Below are positions 1 through 8,572 of a stretch of DNA of 64,000 nt, piece by piece. A program made the translations under genes and the position numbers. Position 1 is the first letter of the stretch. The number at the start of each line of letters is the position of its first letter. The notes below the pieces were generated by a model, which did not search any database, was not told where the DNA came from, and saw only the letters and a program-made list of their open reading frames with translations. This stretch comes from Cyanophora paradoxa CCMP329 (lineage: Eukaryota; Plantae; Glaucophyta), in NCBI GenBank assembly GCA_004431415.1, contig QPMI01000005.1, positions 930,001-994,000 on the forward strand, given 5' to 3'.

Positions 1-1
1 T

Positions 2-331
2 ACTAAGCTGGCTCCTCAATACATGCTTGATAACCTGATTAGAAAAGGGAGACATGAAATGACAATTGCAAATCCTCAAATTGGGGGCAGTTCAGCAAGG
101 CAAAACCATACCATTACATTAAATTGGAGTCCTGCCTTTGCATCTGCTCCATCTGTTGTTGTAACATTGCAGGGACTACCTGCAACAAATGTGGAAATCG
201 ATTATAAAATAGGAATATCAAGCAACTCAACAACCTCTACCACAATCAATCTTGTTATTTGGGCAGCAGGATGGGTAACCATTCAACCACAGTGGCTTCA
301 AATTGCAATTCATTGGATAGCAACAGCATAA
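2..331 (+). CDS. 5'-truncated fibre/lectin-like C-terminal domain protein (H-type lectin/gp53-like fold candidate)
   Basis: Frame is open to the window edge (ACT AAG CTG GCT CCT CAA TAC ATG). Beta-rich C-terminus with ITLNWSPAFASAPSVVVT and IHWIATA, typical of tail-fibre tip domains. Confidence 0.6.
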   Translation, partial: TKLAPQYMLDNLIRKGRHEMTIANPQIGGSSARQNHTITLNWSPAFASAPSVVVTLQGLPATNVEIDYKIGISSNSTTSTTINLVIWAAGWVTIQPQWLQIAIHWIATA

Positions 332-356
332 TTAAGATTCTCACACTATTACAAAG

Positions 357-1391
357 ATGACCTCTCTATTAGAAATCCCAAATTATGAACTTGCAGCCAA
401 ATCACTCCACAGCACCTCTCATGGAGTAGTTGATTCAACCCCTGGGTATATTTGCACTGAAACTACAAGTAATACCTCTTTCACAGAGAATAATATACTC
501 AGAGTCAAAGAAATTCGATGCGATCGAAATGGAGGCAAGATTAGAACCACAGGCATTATAATCTCGAATAAAAATCAGGTTCAAGCAGGTCAAGTAGTCC
601 CCGATTCAGCAATATATGATAATGTGGGTGGATTCACCACAGCACAGATAGTTACTTTTGGTAACACAAGTAATACTTCTGCTCTTGTAGTTAAAAGTGG
701 AGGAGCATACATTGGTGATGGAGCAAATGTAGCAGGAACTCTGACAGCAAATCAATTGACTGTGAGTGGGACAAGTTCATTTACAGGATTGATGACCTTT
801 AATGGTGGTCTCTCAGGAAATGTTCAGTATACAACACTCACAACTAACACAAGAATTAATGCACCTGAAATAGGTAATGTTTCAGATACGAACATGAACT
901 ACAAACGAAATGGAAATACAGTGTTCACTCTTGAAAAAACAATAAACAATATTCAAACGCTAAGATTTCCAACAAATAAATATTTGAAAAGGCAAGGATG
1001 TCCAAGGTTCATGGTTGGAATTCCAAGTAATTTAATGATTGGATATGTATTGTTTCCAGCAAGTGGAATTGTTTTGAATCATGGAGGATGTTTTGATACT
1101 ACGGGAACAACAGGTGCCTTTACAGCTCCAATTGCAGGATACTATCGATTTTTCTTGTTTGGACATGGTGGGACTAATGGAAATCATACAATCAGTTTCC
1201 ATAAAAACAATGCTAATATAAATATTCAAAGCCAGCTGCATGGAGTTGGTGGTTCTATAAGTTATAATTTCTATTTCGATCCTATAATCCAGCTACAAGC
1301 AAACGATTCTATCAGAGTGTTTTTAGCTTCAAACGTATCAACAATGAGATTTACAGGCACATTTGGTGGAATGTTAATTAGCTTGACTTAA
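357..1391 (+). CDS. Putative virion fibre protein, shared N-terminal module + C1q-like C-terminal domain
   Basis: 344 aa. C1q signature FDTTGTTGAFTAPIAGYYRFF ... IIQLQANDSIRV ... TFGGMLI. N-terminal ~150 aa homologous to the next ORF. Confidence 0.8.
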   Translation: MTSLLEIPNYELAAKSLHSTSHGVVDSTPGYICTETTSNTSFTENNILRVKEIRCDRNGGKIRTTGIIISNKNQVQAGQVVPDSAIYDNVGGFTTAQIVTFGNTSNTSALVVKSGGAYIGDGANVAGTLTANQLTVSGTSSFTGLMTFNGGLSGNVQYTTLTTNTRINAPEIGNVSDTNMNYKRNGNTVFTLEKTINNIQTLRFPTNKYLKRQGCPRFMVGIPSNLMIGYVLFPASGIVLNHGGCFDTTGTTGAFTAPIAGYYRFFLFGHGGTNGNHTISFHKNNANINIQSQLHGVGGSISYNFYFDPIIQLQANDSIRVFLASNVSTMRFTGTFGGMLISLT

Positions 1392-1415
1392 TATATATAT
1401 CTTAAATATAAAAGA

Positions 1416-2459
1416 ATGTCCACTCAAATAGCAGTCCCTGTTTTTTGTTATGCAGCCCCGAAATTACATCAACTCAACCATGCAGTAACAGATGCAACCC
1501 CAGGGTTTATTTGCACCGAAACAACAGGAGCAGATTCATTTTCTCAAAACTCTGTGATCAGATGCAAAGAAATACGATGTGATCGAAATAATGGAAAGGT
1601 GAGAACCACAGGTCTCATAGTTTCAAACAAGAATCAAGTTCAAACTGGATCGATTGTCTCAGATTCAGCTATTTATGATGATGTGGGAGGGGTCACCACA
1701 CCAAAGATTGTGACTTTTGACAACACCATCAATAACTCAGCTCTTGTGGTAAAAAGTGGAGGCGCTTATATTGGAGATGGAGCAAGAATTGATGGGAATC
1801 TTACAACTAATCAAATCACAGTAACAGGAATAAGCACATTTACAGGATTGGTAACAGCAACAGCAGGTATCTCACTACAAAATGCAACACATGATGTGGT
1901 GACAGCAACAACCAAGGTAAATACACCTGAAATTGATACAGGAGCAAATGTTAATCTCCTGTTGAAACGCAATAGCGATATAATCGCAACATTGGAAGCT
2001 AATAGTTTAACGATTAATACAGGTTGTTATTTAAAATACGACACTCAACCTCGATTCTTTGCTCGACTTGGTTATATAGTTACAAATGTGAGTGCAACAG
2101 CTCTTATAAATTGGGCTACTGTCTTAATAAATCATCCATCACCAGGATCCTTTAATGCTTCATCAGGTCGGTTTACTGCTCCTGTTGCAGGTCATTATCG
2201 TTTTACAGGTCATACTTACTCCACCACCACAACTGCAATAGATTTAGCAATCAAGGTTAATGATGCTCATGTTGGAACCACCCAGATTTTAACAATAGCT
2301 AATTCAACATCAATTGTTAATAAACCACTATCTATATCTGCTATATTGAATCTTAATGCAAACGAATGGGTTACACTTGTTGTGAGCAATAGCACAGGAT
2401 ATAGCAGCAGTTACTCAGAAAACACATATTTTTCAGGTGAGCTTCTCAGTATTACATAA
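1416..2459 (+). CDS. Putative virion fibre protein, shared N-terminal module + C1q-like C-terminal domain (paralogue)
   Basis: 347 aa. FNASSGRFTAPVAGHYRFT ... ILNLNANEWVTL ... YFSGELL. N-terminus KEIRCDRNNGKVRTTG ... SALVVKSGGAYIGDG shared with 357..1391. Confidence 0.8.
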   Translation: MSTQIAVPVFCYAAPKLHQLNHAVTDATPGFICTETTGADSFSQNSVIRCKEIRCDRNNGKVRTTGLIVSNKNQVQTGSIVSDSAIYDDVGGVTTPKIVTFDNTINNSALVVKSGGAYIGDGARIDGNLTTNQITVTGISTFTGLVTATAGISLQNATHDVVTATTKVNTPEIDTGANVNLLLKRNSDIIATLEANSLTINTGCYLKYDTQPRFFARLGYIVTNVSATALINWATVLINHPSPGSFNASSGRFTAPVAGHYRFTGHTYSTTTTAIDLAIKVNDAHVGTTQILTIANSTSIVNKPLSISAILNLNANEWVTLVVSNSTGYSSSYSENTYFSGELLSIT

Positions 2460-2480
2460 TTTTCTCATCATAAAATAGGA

Positions 2481-2744
2481 ATGTCGAATATCTACCAAGT
2501 AGTCCTCTCAGATACTGAGAAATTGGGAATGGAGTTCTGTGCTGCATCTGTTCAGGATTGGATTGATAATGCTGCCCACAACAGAGCAAGAATTGCAATT
2601 GAAGAAATTGTTCAGAAAGAAATCCACTCTTGCATCTCAGGTGGATTTCAAATACCATCCACAAAGGAAGCAATTGTATTACAGGCATTCCAAAGGGGAA
2701 CTGTAAAACGGGCAATTGAGTATAACTATGTCACACAAGAGTAA
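2481..2744 (+). CDS. Small protein resembling phage proteins encoded next to C1q tail fibres
   Basis: 87 aa with QDWIDNAAHNRARIAIEEIV ... IPSTKEAIVLQAF. The family resemblance is from memory, not searched. Confidence 0.6.
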   Translation: MSNIYQVVLSDTEKLGMEFCAASVQDWIDNAAHNRARIAIEEIVQKEIHSCISGGFQIPSTKEAIVLQAFQRGTVKRAIEYNYVTQE

Positions 2745-2782
2745 TGCACATTATTTTTCTTTCCTTCTTAGTAAAAGAAGCA

Positions 2783-3637
2783 ATGGGTGAATATAATCGA
2801 GTTCAACTTCCAATATATTCCCTTGGATCCCCTGCAATGCACTTTCGCCAGCATGAAGTTAATGATGAGGTTCGTGGTTTAGAATCCACAGAGAGACCCA
2901 ATTCTAATGGTAACTCCTTTGATAAAAACTCGATTATTCGGGTTAAAGAACTGAGAGCAGACAAAAATTCGGGTGTAGTCAAAACCACTCGACTCCTTGT
3001 CTCAAATGCGAATTTCTTCCAACCTACTAATGGAGGTCCTGATGCTTACAGTGTTGATCTGAAAGCCCTCGATTTCGATAAGAATTCTGCTGCTGTAACT
3101 GTGAGATCAGGAGGAGCATTTATTGGTGGTGGTTGTCGAGTTTCAGGTCAACTTTCTTCATCAATTTCGTATAATGATGTCCCAGATACTCTTGAACAGA
3201 ATGTGGAGAACCCACAACGAATTCGGTTCTATACACCAGTTGCACAGCAACCTTTTCTGCATTTCTATGTTGCATCATCTGTCACTCTTGAAAATTCAGA
3301 ATTGGTTTCCATTACAGGAACTGATCGAGTGAGAAGGAATATTCCTCTTCCCACAGCAATGCTCTCAATGTGCAGAGCAAATAATAACCAACAAGGTCAC
3401 AATTACCTATTCTTTGTTCAAGCATCCAACCATTTTGGTCGGGGATATTGTGTTTATAACAATCTGACATTTACTTATGATTTGTTTGTCACTGAGGTTG
3501 GAGTTTACAATACTATGATTATGGGACTGAGAACAGATATAGCAGCTGTTTCAGCACTTCGTGGGGTAAACATTGCAGATATCTTCACAACAGGGTTTTA
3601 CCAGGAACCAGATGTGATTGATAACCCAACCCCATAA
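2783..3637 (+). CDS. Fibre-family paralogue 3 (shared N-terminal module, non-C1q C-terminus)
   Basis: Likely start at ATG 2783 (MGEYNRVQ). RVKELRADKNSGVVKTT and VRSGGAFIGGG align with paralogues 1, 2 and 4. Confidence 0.75.
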   Translation: MGEYNRVQLPIYSLGSPAMHFRQHEVNDEVRGLESTERPNSNGNSFDKNSIIRVKELRADKNSGVVKTTRLLVSNANFFQPTNGGPDAYSVDLKALDFDKNSAAVTVRSGGAFIGGGCRVSGQLSSSISYNDVPDTLEQNVENPQRIRFYTPVAQQPFLHFYVASSVTLENSELVSITGTDRVRRNIPLPTAMLSMCRANNNQQGHNYLFFVQASNHFGRGYCVYNNLTFTYDLFVTEVGVYNTMIMGLRTDIAAVSALRGVNIADIFTTGFYQEPDVIDNPTP

Positions 3638-3660
3638 ATTATATATCACTTTAATGTAAA

Positions 3661-4488
3661 ATGGCTGCCCCAGTAGAGCGAATTATTACACCCCAACTAT
3701 CATTAGCAGCACCTGCAAATCACGTTTTGCAGCATGCTACCTTTGATGATGTAGAAGGTCTCCAATCCACAGAAGTCCAACCTACCATGAATACCTTTGG
3801 TTCCACCCATAAACTGAGATTGCAGGAACTCAGATGTGATAAAAATAATGGTATAGTTAAGACAACGAAACTCCTTGTCACAAATGCAAACTTTTCTGCC
3901 CATTATGGAGACCCAGACAGTTATGGTGATCCTCTTTCTACTTATTCTTTTGAATCTCGGTCGGGAGCTATTAACTGCAAAACGGGGGGAGCATATATTG
4001 GTGATGGTCTTCGGATTGGTGGAGCTGTTGGTGCGCCTCTTTTCGTAAATGATCAACCCAATCCCATTGATCCCAACACCAGAATTCGCACCTATGTCCC
4101 CAGTATGAATGCACCATATATTATCAAGATCTTCCCAATTGTTGTGAATGAGCAGACATCAGTAGTTGATTCTCTTGTTGAGATTGGTGACCACTACAAG
4201 GTGGTTGTCGATATCCCACCAGATGTTTATGCTGTCTGTCAAGTAGAGGGTGGAACCCCAAATATTGCAGTTGTGATCACCCCATATGACAATTTCGGAA
4301 TTGCTTATCATGGAGTGAATTTCGGTCTTGAAGATTACCAATTCTTGGTGAGAGCCACCAGGTTTGGTATCTATAAATGCATTCTCTATGCTGAGAGAAC
4401 CGATGCTATTGCAAAACAGAACACATATGCAGAATATTACGGCACAAATCGATACTTCCCCATTTTCGGGCAGGATACTGCTCCATAG
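3661..4488 (+). CDS. Fibre-family paralogue 4 (shared N-terminal module, C-terminus related to paralogue 3)
   Basis: 275 aa. LQELRCDKNNGIVKTTKLLV and KTGGAYIGDG. C-terminal RIRTYVP ... NFGIAY ... GIYKCILYAERTD parallels RIRFYTP ... HFGRGY ... GVYNTMIMGLRTD of paralogue 3. Confidence 0.75.
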   Translation: MAAPVERIITPQLSLAAPANHVLQHATFDDVEGLQSTEVQPTMNTFGSTHKLRLQELRCDKNNGIVKTTKLLVTNANFSAHYGDPDSYGDPLSTYSFESRSGAINCKTGGAYIGDGLRIGGAVGAPLFVNDQPNPIDPNTRIRTYVPSMNAPYIIKIFPIVVNEQTSVVDSLVEIGDHYKVVVDIPPDVYAVCQVEGGTPNIAVVITPYDNFGIAYHGVNFGLEDYQFLVRATRFGIYKCILYAERTDAIAKQNTYAEYYGTNRYFPIFGQDTAP

Positions 4489-4513
4489 AAATCTCAGGTA
4501 TATAGAGAGAGGG

Positions 4514-4786
4514 ATGGATGATAAAACAAAGAGATTCATAGAATCTGCAATGATGGTTCATGGTGATGCTAAATTCGATTACAGTGAGACAGTCTATAAG
4601 AAAGCACAAGAGAAGGTCTCTGTTAGATGCCTCAAATGCAACAAGATCCTGCAAACCTACCCATTTAATCATGTAAGGGGAAGTGGATGCAGAGAGTGCA
4701 ACAAGAAATCCTCTCATGCTTACAGAAAAAAGACAACATCAGGAATTGTGATAGATGATAAACCAGTGGTACTGTACTTTGATTAG
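4514..4786 (+). CDS. Zn-ribbon protein of the DUF723/homing-endonuclease-associated type (no nuclease domain)
   Basis: 90 aa from ATG 4514: FIESAMMVHGDAKFDYSETVY ... KVSVRCLKC ... NHVRGSGCREC. Confidence 0.7.
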   Translation: MDDKTKRFIESAMMVHGDAKFDYSETVYKKAQEKVSVRCLKCNKILQTYPFNHVRGSGCRECNKKSSHAYRKKTTSGIVIDDKPVVLYFD

Positions 4787-4932
4787 ATCTTTGAGAGAGA
4801 AATGAGGATCTTTCCCCATTTTCCCTTTGTGATTATGCATGTGTCAAAGCAGTTTGGACAGGTCTTGTGGTAGTGCAGCAGAATGATATCCACCAACTCA
4901 TAAGGTAGCACTCTTGCTAAGATGGTTCGCAT
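4783..4932 (-). CDS. 49-aa ORF with F-box-like motif and CxxC
   Basis: Hand translation MRTILARVLPYELVDIILLHYHKTCPNCFDTCIITKGKWGKILISLSKI*. It fills the gap between two genes and its stop overlaps the convergent stop at 4784-4786. Confidence 0.4.
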   Translation of the reverse strand: MRTILARVLPYELVDIILLHYHKTCPNCFDTCIITKGKWGKILISLSKI

Positions 4933-4972
4933 TCTACCAATCGCGTTTTTAATTTTTCTAAATTATTCATAA

Positions 4973-5374
4973 ATGAATACTCATCGAGGCTTCCATGTGA
5001 TGCTGGATTACAAATTCAGAACCCAATTAGCAGTAGGAATGGAGGACTTGGAGACAACAACCAGGTGGTTAATGCAGTTCTTACAAACTATTATTCAAGA
5101 GCAAGGTATTCGAGTAGTTCACAAGCATTGCGAGATTTTCGATGGTGGTATTTCTCCTCCTGGTTTTGCAATGGTTCTTCTGCTGGATGAGAGCCATTGC
5201 ACTGCTCACTGTTACTCAAATGAAGGTATGCTGGCGATTGATATATTCAGTTGTGGATTAGAAGCAGAGAGAAAAACCACGAGAGTATCTCATGAGATAG
5301 ATGAGAGAATAACAGGTGTGTTTTCAGGGTTGGAGAAATCGGAGAAACATAGAGTATTGCGATTTCCGAGTTAG
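4973..5374 (+). CDS. speD: S-adenosylmethionine decarboxylase proenzyme (class 1B, SpeD/SpeH type)
   Basis: GFHVMLD ... PPGFAMVLLLDESHCTAHCYSNEGMLAIDIFSCG: E-S-H autocleavage motif and D-x-F-x-C-G motif; 133 aa. Confidence 0.9.
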   Translation: MNTHRGFHVMLDYKFRTQLAVGMEDLETTTRWLMQFLQTIIQEQGIRVVHKHCEIFDGGISPPGFAMVLLLDESHCTAHCYSNEGMLAIDIFSCGLEAERKTTRVSHEIDERITGVFSGLEKSEKHRVLRFPS

Positions 5375-5404
5375 TTGACACTGAGAAATTCAGAATTTCA
5401 GATG

Positions 5405-5848
5405 GTCTTACTGAAAATGGTCAGATAATCGGGTGTGACACCTATTTAATTGACTGTGACGCCTGTGACGCCTGTGACGCCTACTTTCAAACTTTTTAAA
5501 ATTTTCAAAAATGACAGACTTCTGAAAACAGCCGTCACAGCCGTCACAGGCGTCACACCCAATTAAAAATGGAATCTCTTTCTCTTACTGAGATTTTCGA
5601 GAATATATTCTTGTCTTACTGAAATCCGTCTTGTGACACCTCTGACACCTCCAAAACACTATCCATTAATCAACCTTTTTGAAAATGCAAAGTTGTCTTA
5701 CTGGAAATGGTCTGCAATTTCGCTGTGACACCTAATTTAATTGAGTGTGACGCCTGTGACGCCTGTGACGCCTATTTTCAAACTTTTTAAAATTTTCAAA
5801 AATGACAGACTTCTGAAAACAGGCGTCACAGCCGTCACAGGCGTCACA
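5405..5848. repeat. Two ~153-bp direct repeats, each with 3x TGTGACGCC facing 3x G(G/C)CGTCACA
   Basis: Copies ~5405-5557 and ~5695-5848. Nonamer triplets at 5455-5481 and inverted at 5531-5557 flank an AT-rich spacer. Confidence 0.9.
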
Positions 5849-5961
5849 GACATTCCACCCCTCTTACTGACTTTCTCAAAAACAAAACTATCTCTTACTG
5901 AATATCATTTGAATACTACCTGTCACACTTGATCTCAATTATTCTGTTTTATAGAACATAT

Positions 5962-6221
5962 GCAATCTAATCGATTGTTCAATTGGAGATAATGCAACTC
6001 TGTGACACTTTTTTCAATCTAAAATATACATCCGCAATCTCATCGATTGTTTAATTGGAGACCATGCAGTTCCGATATATTCCAATAGAAAATCCCGCAA
6101 TCTAATCGATTGTTTAATTGGAGATAATGCAACTCTGTGACACTTTTTCGGTGCAAAAATGTACATCAGCAATCTCATCGATTGTTCAATTGGACACAAT
6201 GCAACTCTGTGACACTTTTTG
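5962..6221. repeat. Four ~63-73-bp period repeats (GCAATCT(A/C)ATCGATTGTT(C/T)AATTGGA...TGCAACTCTGTGACAC)
   Basis: Copies begin ~5962, 6034, 6097 and 6169. Confidence 0.9.
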
Positions 6222-6541
6222 TGTTTTTCGATACAGAATGGGCGGTGGTCTACTTCAATACATGAGAGATATATCGAGTTTATGCGAATTTATGCAATTT
6301 AATCGCGATTATATCGATCTTTAAGTAGTTTAATGTTAATCTATCGCAGATTTGTATGTAAACAACAAAGTACATAATCAATCGATATAAGATCAATTGA
6401 ATCTATCGAAGTTTAATCGAAAATATGCATTTTGGTAAACGCGTTTTCATTTTTTAATACAAAGTTTGCATTATTTTATACAAAGTTTGCATAAAAAGTT
6501 AAAGAAATTAATCGAAAAATATGTATTTTAGTATTAAATTA

Positions 6542-6626
6542 ACACATATTGAAAAACGAATTTAAATCCAGGAGCGAAGCGCGAAGCGCGAAGCGGAGGT
6601 ATTTAAATTCGTTTTTCAATATGTGT
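6542..6626. other. Terminal hairpin: perfect 26-bp inverted repeat with (GCGAAGC)x3 in the loop
   Basis: ACACATATTGAAAAACGAATTTAAAT (6542-6567) is the exact reverse complement of 6601-6626. GCGAAGC at 6574, 6581 and 6588. Confidence 0.95.
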
Positions 6627-8572
6627 CACATCTACGTCGTCGGGGCCATCGTCCTCGTCTTCTTCTTCCAGCCGATTATCACCAGCAAGCTCACATCCCT
6701 CTTCGGTGAATCCCTGCCTCGATGTTTGGGTTACGGTCGCAAAGCCGGGGCCGTTCCCGCCTCTCAAGGCGCCAGCGCCGTGTTTTAAGTGCGCTGCGCT
6801 GCAGGCTGCGTGGACGTGGGAGGGGGCGTGTCTCTGCTGGCCCGCGACCCCGGCGTCGACTGCTCGTCGGCGGAGTACCGCAGCTGGATTTACGGCGTCG
6901 ACGTCCCTTTCCTCGTGTAATTTATTTCCTTGCTTGTATGATCTGTATAAGCTTATTTATAATCTTACTGTGCAGGATATACGGAGTTGGAGTCCCAGCT
7001 GGGACGGCCATCTTCCTCTGGGTTTACCGCGACCGCATCCGCGACGATCAGGACCGCGAGTTCCGTCTCTACTTTTCGTTCCTGTACAGGGTCCGTTTCT
7101 TGCTGTTCATGAAGTTCGAATGCTCGAATTCACTGCTCGAACAGGGCTACAGGCGCGAACGGTTCTGGTTCGCCTTCGTCTCCATGATCCAAAAGACCGC
7201 ACTCGCCGTCTGCATGGCCCTGTTCAGCGACCGGTGCGTTGCTCAACTACAGCATGTACTGCGTTTATTCATATACAAATTATAATTGATGCGGCCGATG
7301 TGCAGGCCAGCCGTGCAACTGCTCATGGGAGAGCTCGTGCTTTTCGTCGGCTTGATCCTCCACATGACGATAAAGCCGCGCGTCAACTCGGGAATCGGCA
7401 TCATAGACGTCGTCTGCCAGATCGGCGCCTTGGCAACCATCTGGCTGTGCGCCGTCTCTTTTTCCCTATCTTTCTCTAGACCTTTCTCACCTTATCTGAT
7501 TGCTCTCCCCGCACAGCGGAAGTTTCCTCTTCCCCGACGCAGGGCTCTCCGAGGAGCAGAAGTCCCTCATCGCCGCCCTCGGCTTGATTTCCAACGTCGC
7601 CTTTGTGGCCGTCCTCATCCTTATGTACTTCTTCGGCGAGGAGCGGGTGCGCCTCCGCTCTTAAAAGTGGTAAATTGATCGAGTTTTCGTTGACATTTTC
7701 GGGCCTCTCAGGTGTTCGAGAAGCTGAAGATCCTTGCGCCATGGATATCACGACCGCTGCGCCTAGTTTCAGTCTCGAGATCTGCAGCGTACCAGGTCCC
7801 CGCTCTCAACAGTAGTGCTACCGCTTCAGATAAGCAAAGCCCATCGATCTCCAGCGGCGACGCTGGCGCTGGCGCGAGTGCCGGATCCGGAGGAGCTGTG
7901 CAGAGAAATGTTCACATTTCATCCGACTTGGACGGGCTCGGCGACGACGACCAGCAGCTCGAGCCGGACAGGCCCGGCTACGACCGGGTTCAGGCGCGGC
8001 GCCCTTTACCGTGGGGATCTGCAGACCAAGCGCTGGAAGGATCGCAACACAACAGCGACCGACCTGCCGGCGCGGCCCCTCTCTGGGATGACACCGGCCA
8101 TGGAGCCGAAGATGAGTTCATCCCAAACATATTCAATTGCAGCCCGGAAGCTCCACGGCCGCCCCGCGATGCCGAACCGGACGGGAGCCATCCAGTCTCA
8201 GAGACGGGCGACCGTCCCGAGTCCAGGAGGTCGCCTTCCGTTTCTTCCGGACTTCCCCTGGCAGACGAGCTTCGCGAGCGCCTCCGAAGGCTCTCCGTCT
8301 CTATGGGCGAGAGCAATATTAATACCGCGGCGTCGCCCCAGTCCGGCTCCGGCTCCGGAGCAGATGCACGCACGGCGGGCCCGAAGCCTTCCGTCGCGGC
8401 CTCGCCGGGTCTGGCTTCCTCCATCGCCGTGTCGCCAGGGGTCGCCCCTGTGCCGTCGGTCTTCAGCGGCGACCACTTCGACTTGATTGTGGAGACACCA
8501 GGCGGGAGGGCAGGGCTTCCGATCCCTGAAAAGAATGGAGCGAACCCCTCAGCCGCTGTGTACAGTGTCTAA
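6627..8572 (+). pseudogene. 3' part of a host multi-exon multi-transmembrane protein gene, interrupted by the viral insertion
   Basis: Splicing GT..AG introns (first donor 6706) gives IYVVGAIVLVFFFQPIITSKLTSLFGCVDVGGGVSLLARDPGVDCSSAEY...FLYRGYRRERFWFAFVSMIQK...LHMTIKP. This is the common protist TRP-like/7TM-like C-terminal module, followed by a low-complexity tail ending TAA at 8572. Confidence 0.75.

Larger units (their letters stand above)
1..6626 (+). mobile_element. Right end of an endogenous DNA virus-like element (Polinton-like virus/virophage or other dsDNA virus; class undetermined)
   Basis: Markedly AT-rich, intronless, tightly packed co-oriented ORFs with virion-fibre features. 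A repeat-rich non-coding terminus ends in a hairpin, then an abrupt switch to GC-rich intron-containing host sequence at ~6627-6630. Confidence 0.85.

Noticed and set aside
357-4488. Diversity-generating retroelement or shufflon acting on the fibre genes
   Set aside because: No template/variable repeat pair with adenine-specific differences and no inverted recombination sites were seen. The only RT is a DIRS-type enzyme about 47 kb away.
5962-6221. CRISPR-like repeat/spacer array in the viral terminus
   Set aside because: Linkers resemble each other (AAAATATACATC / AAAATGTACATC), repeats vary in length and no cas genes are present; a tandem repeat explains it.
5741-6324. Short ORFs in the viral terminus
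   Set aside because: They are translations of the repeats, mostly with non-ATG starts.
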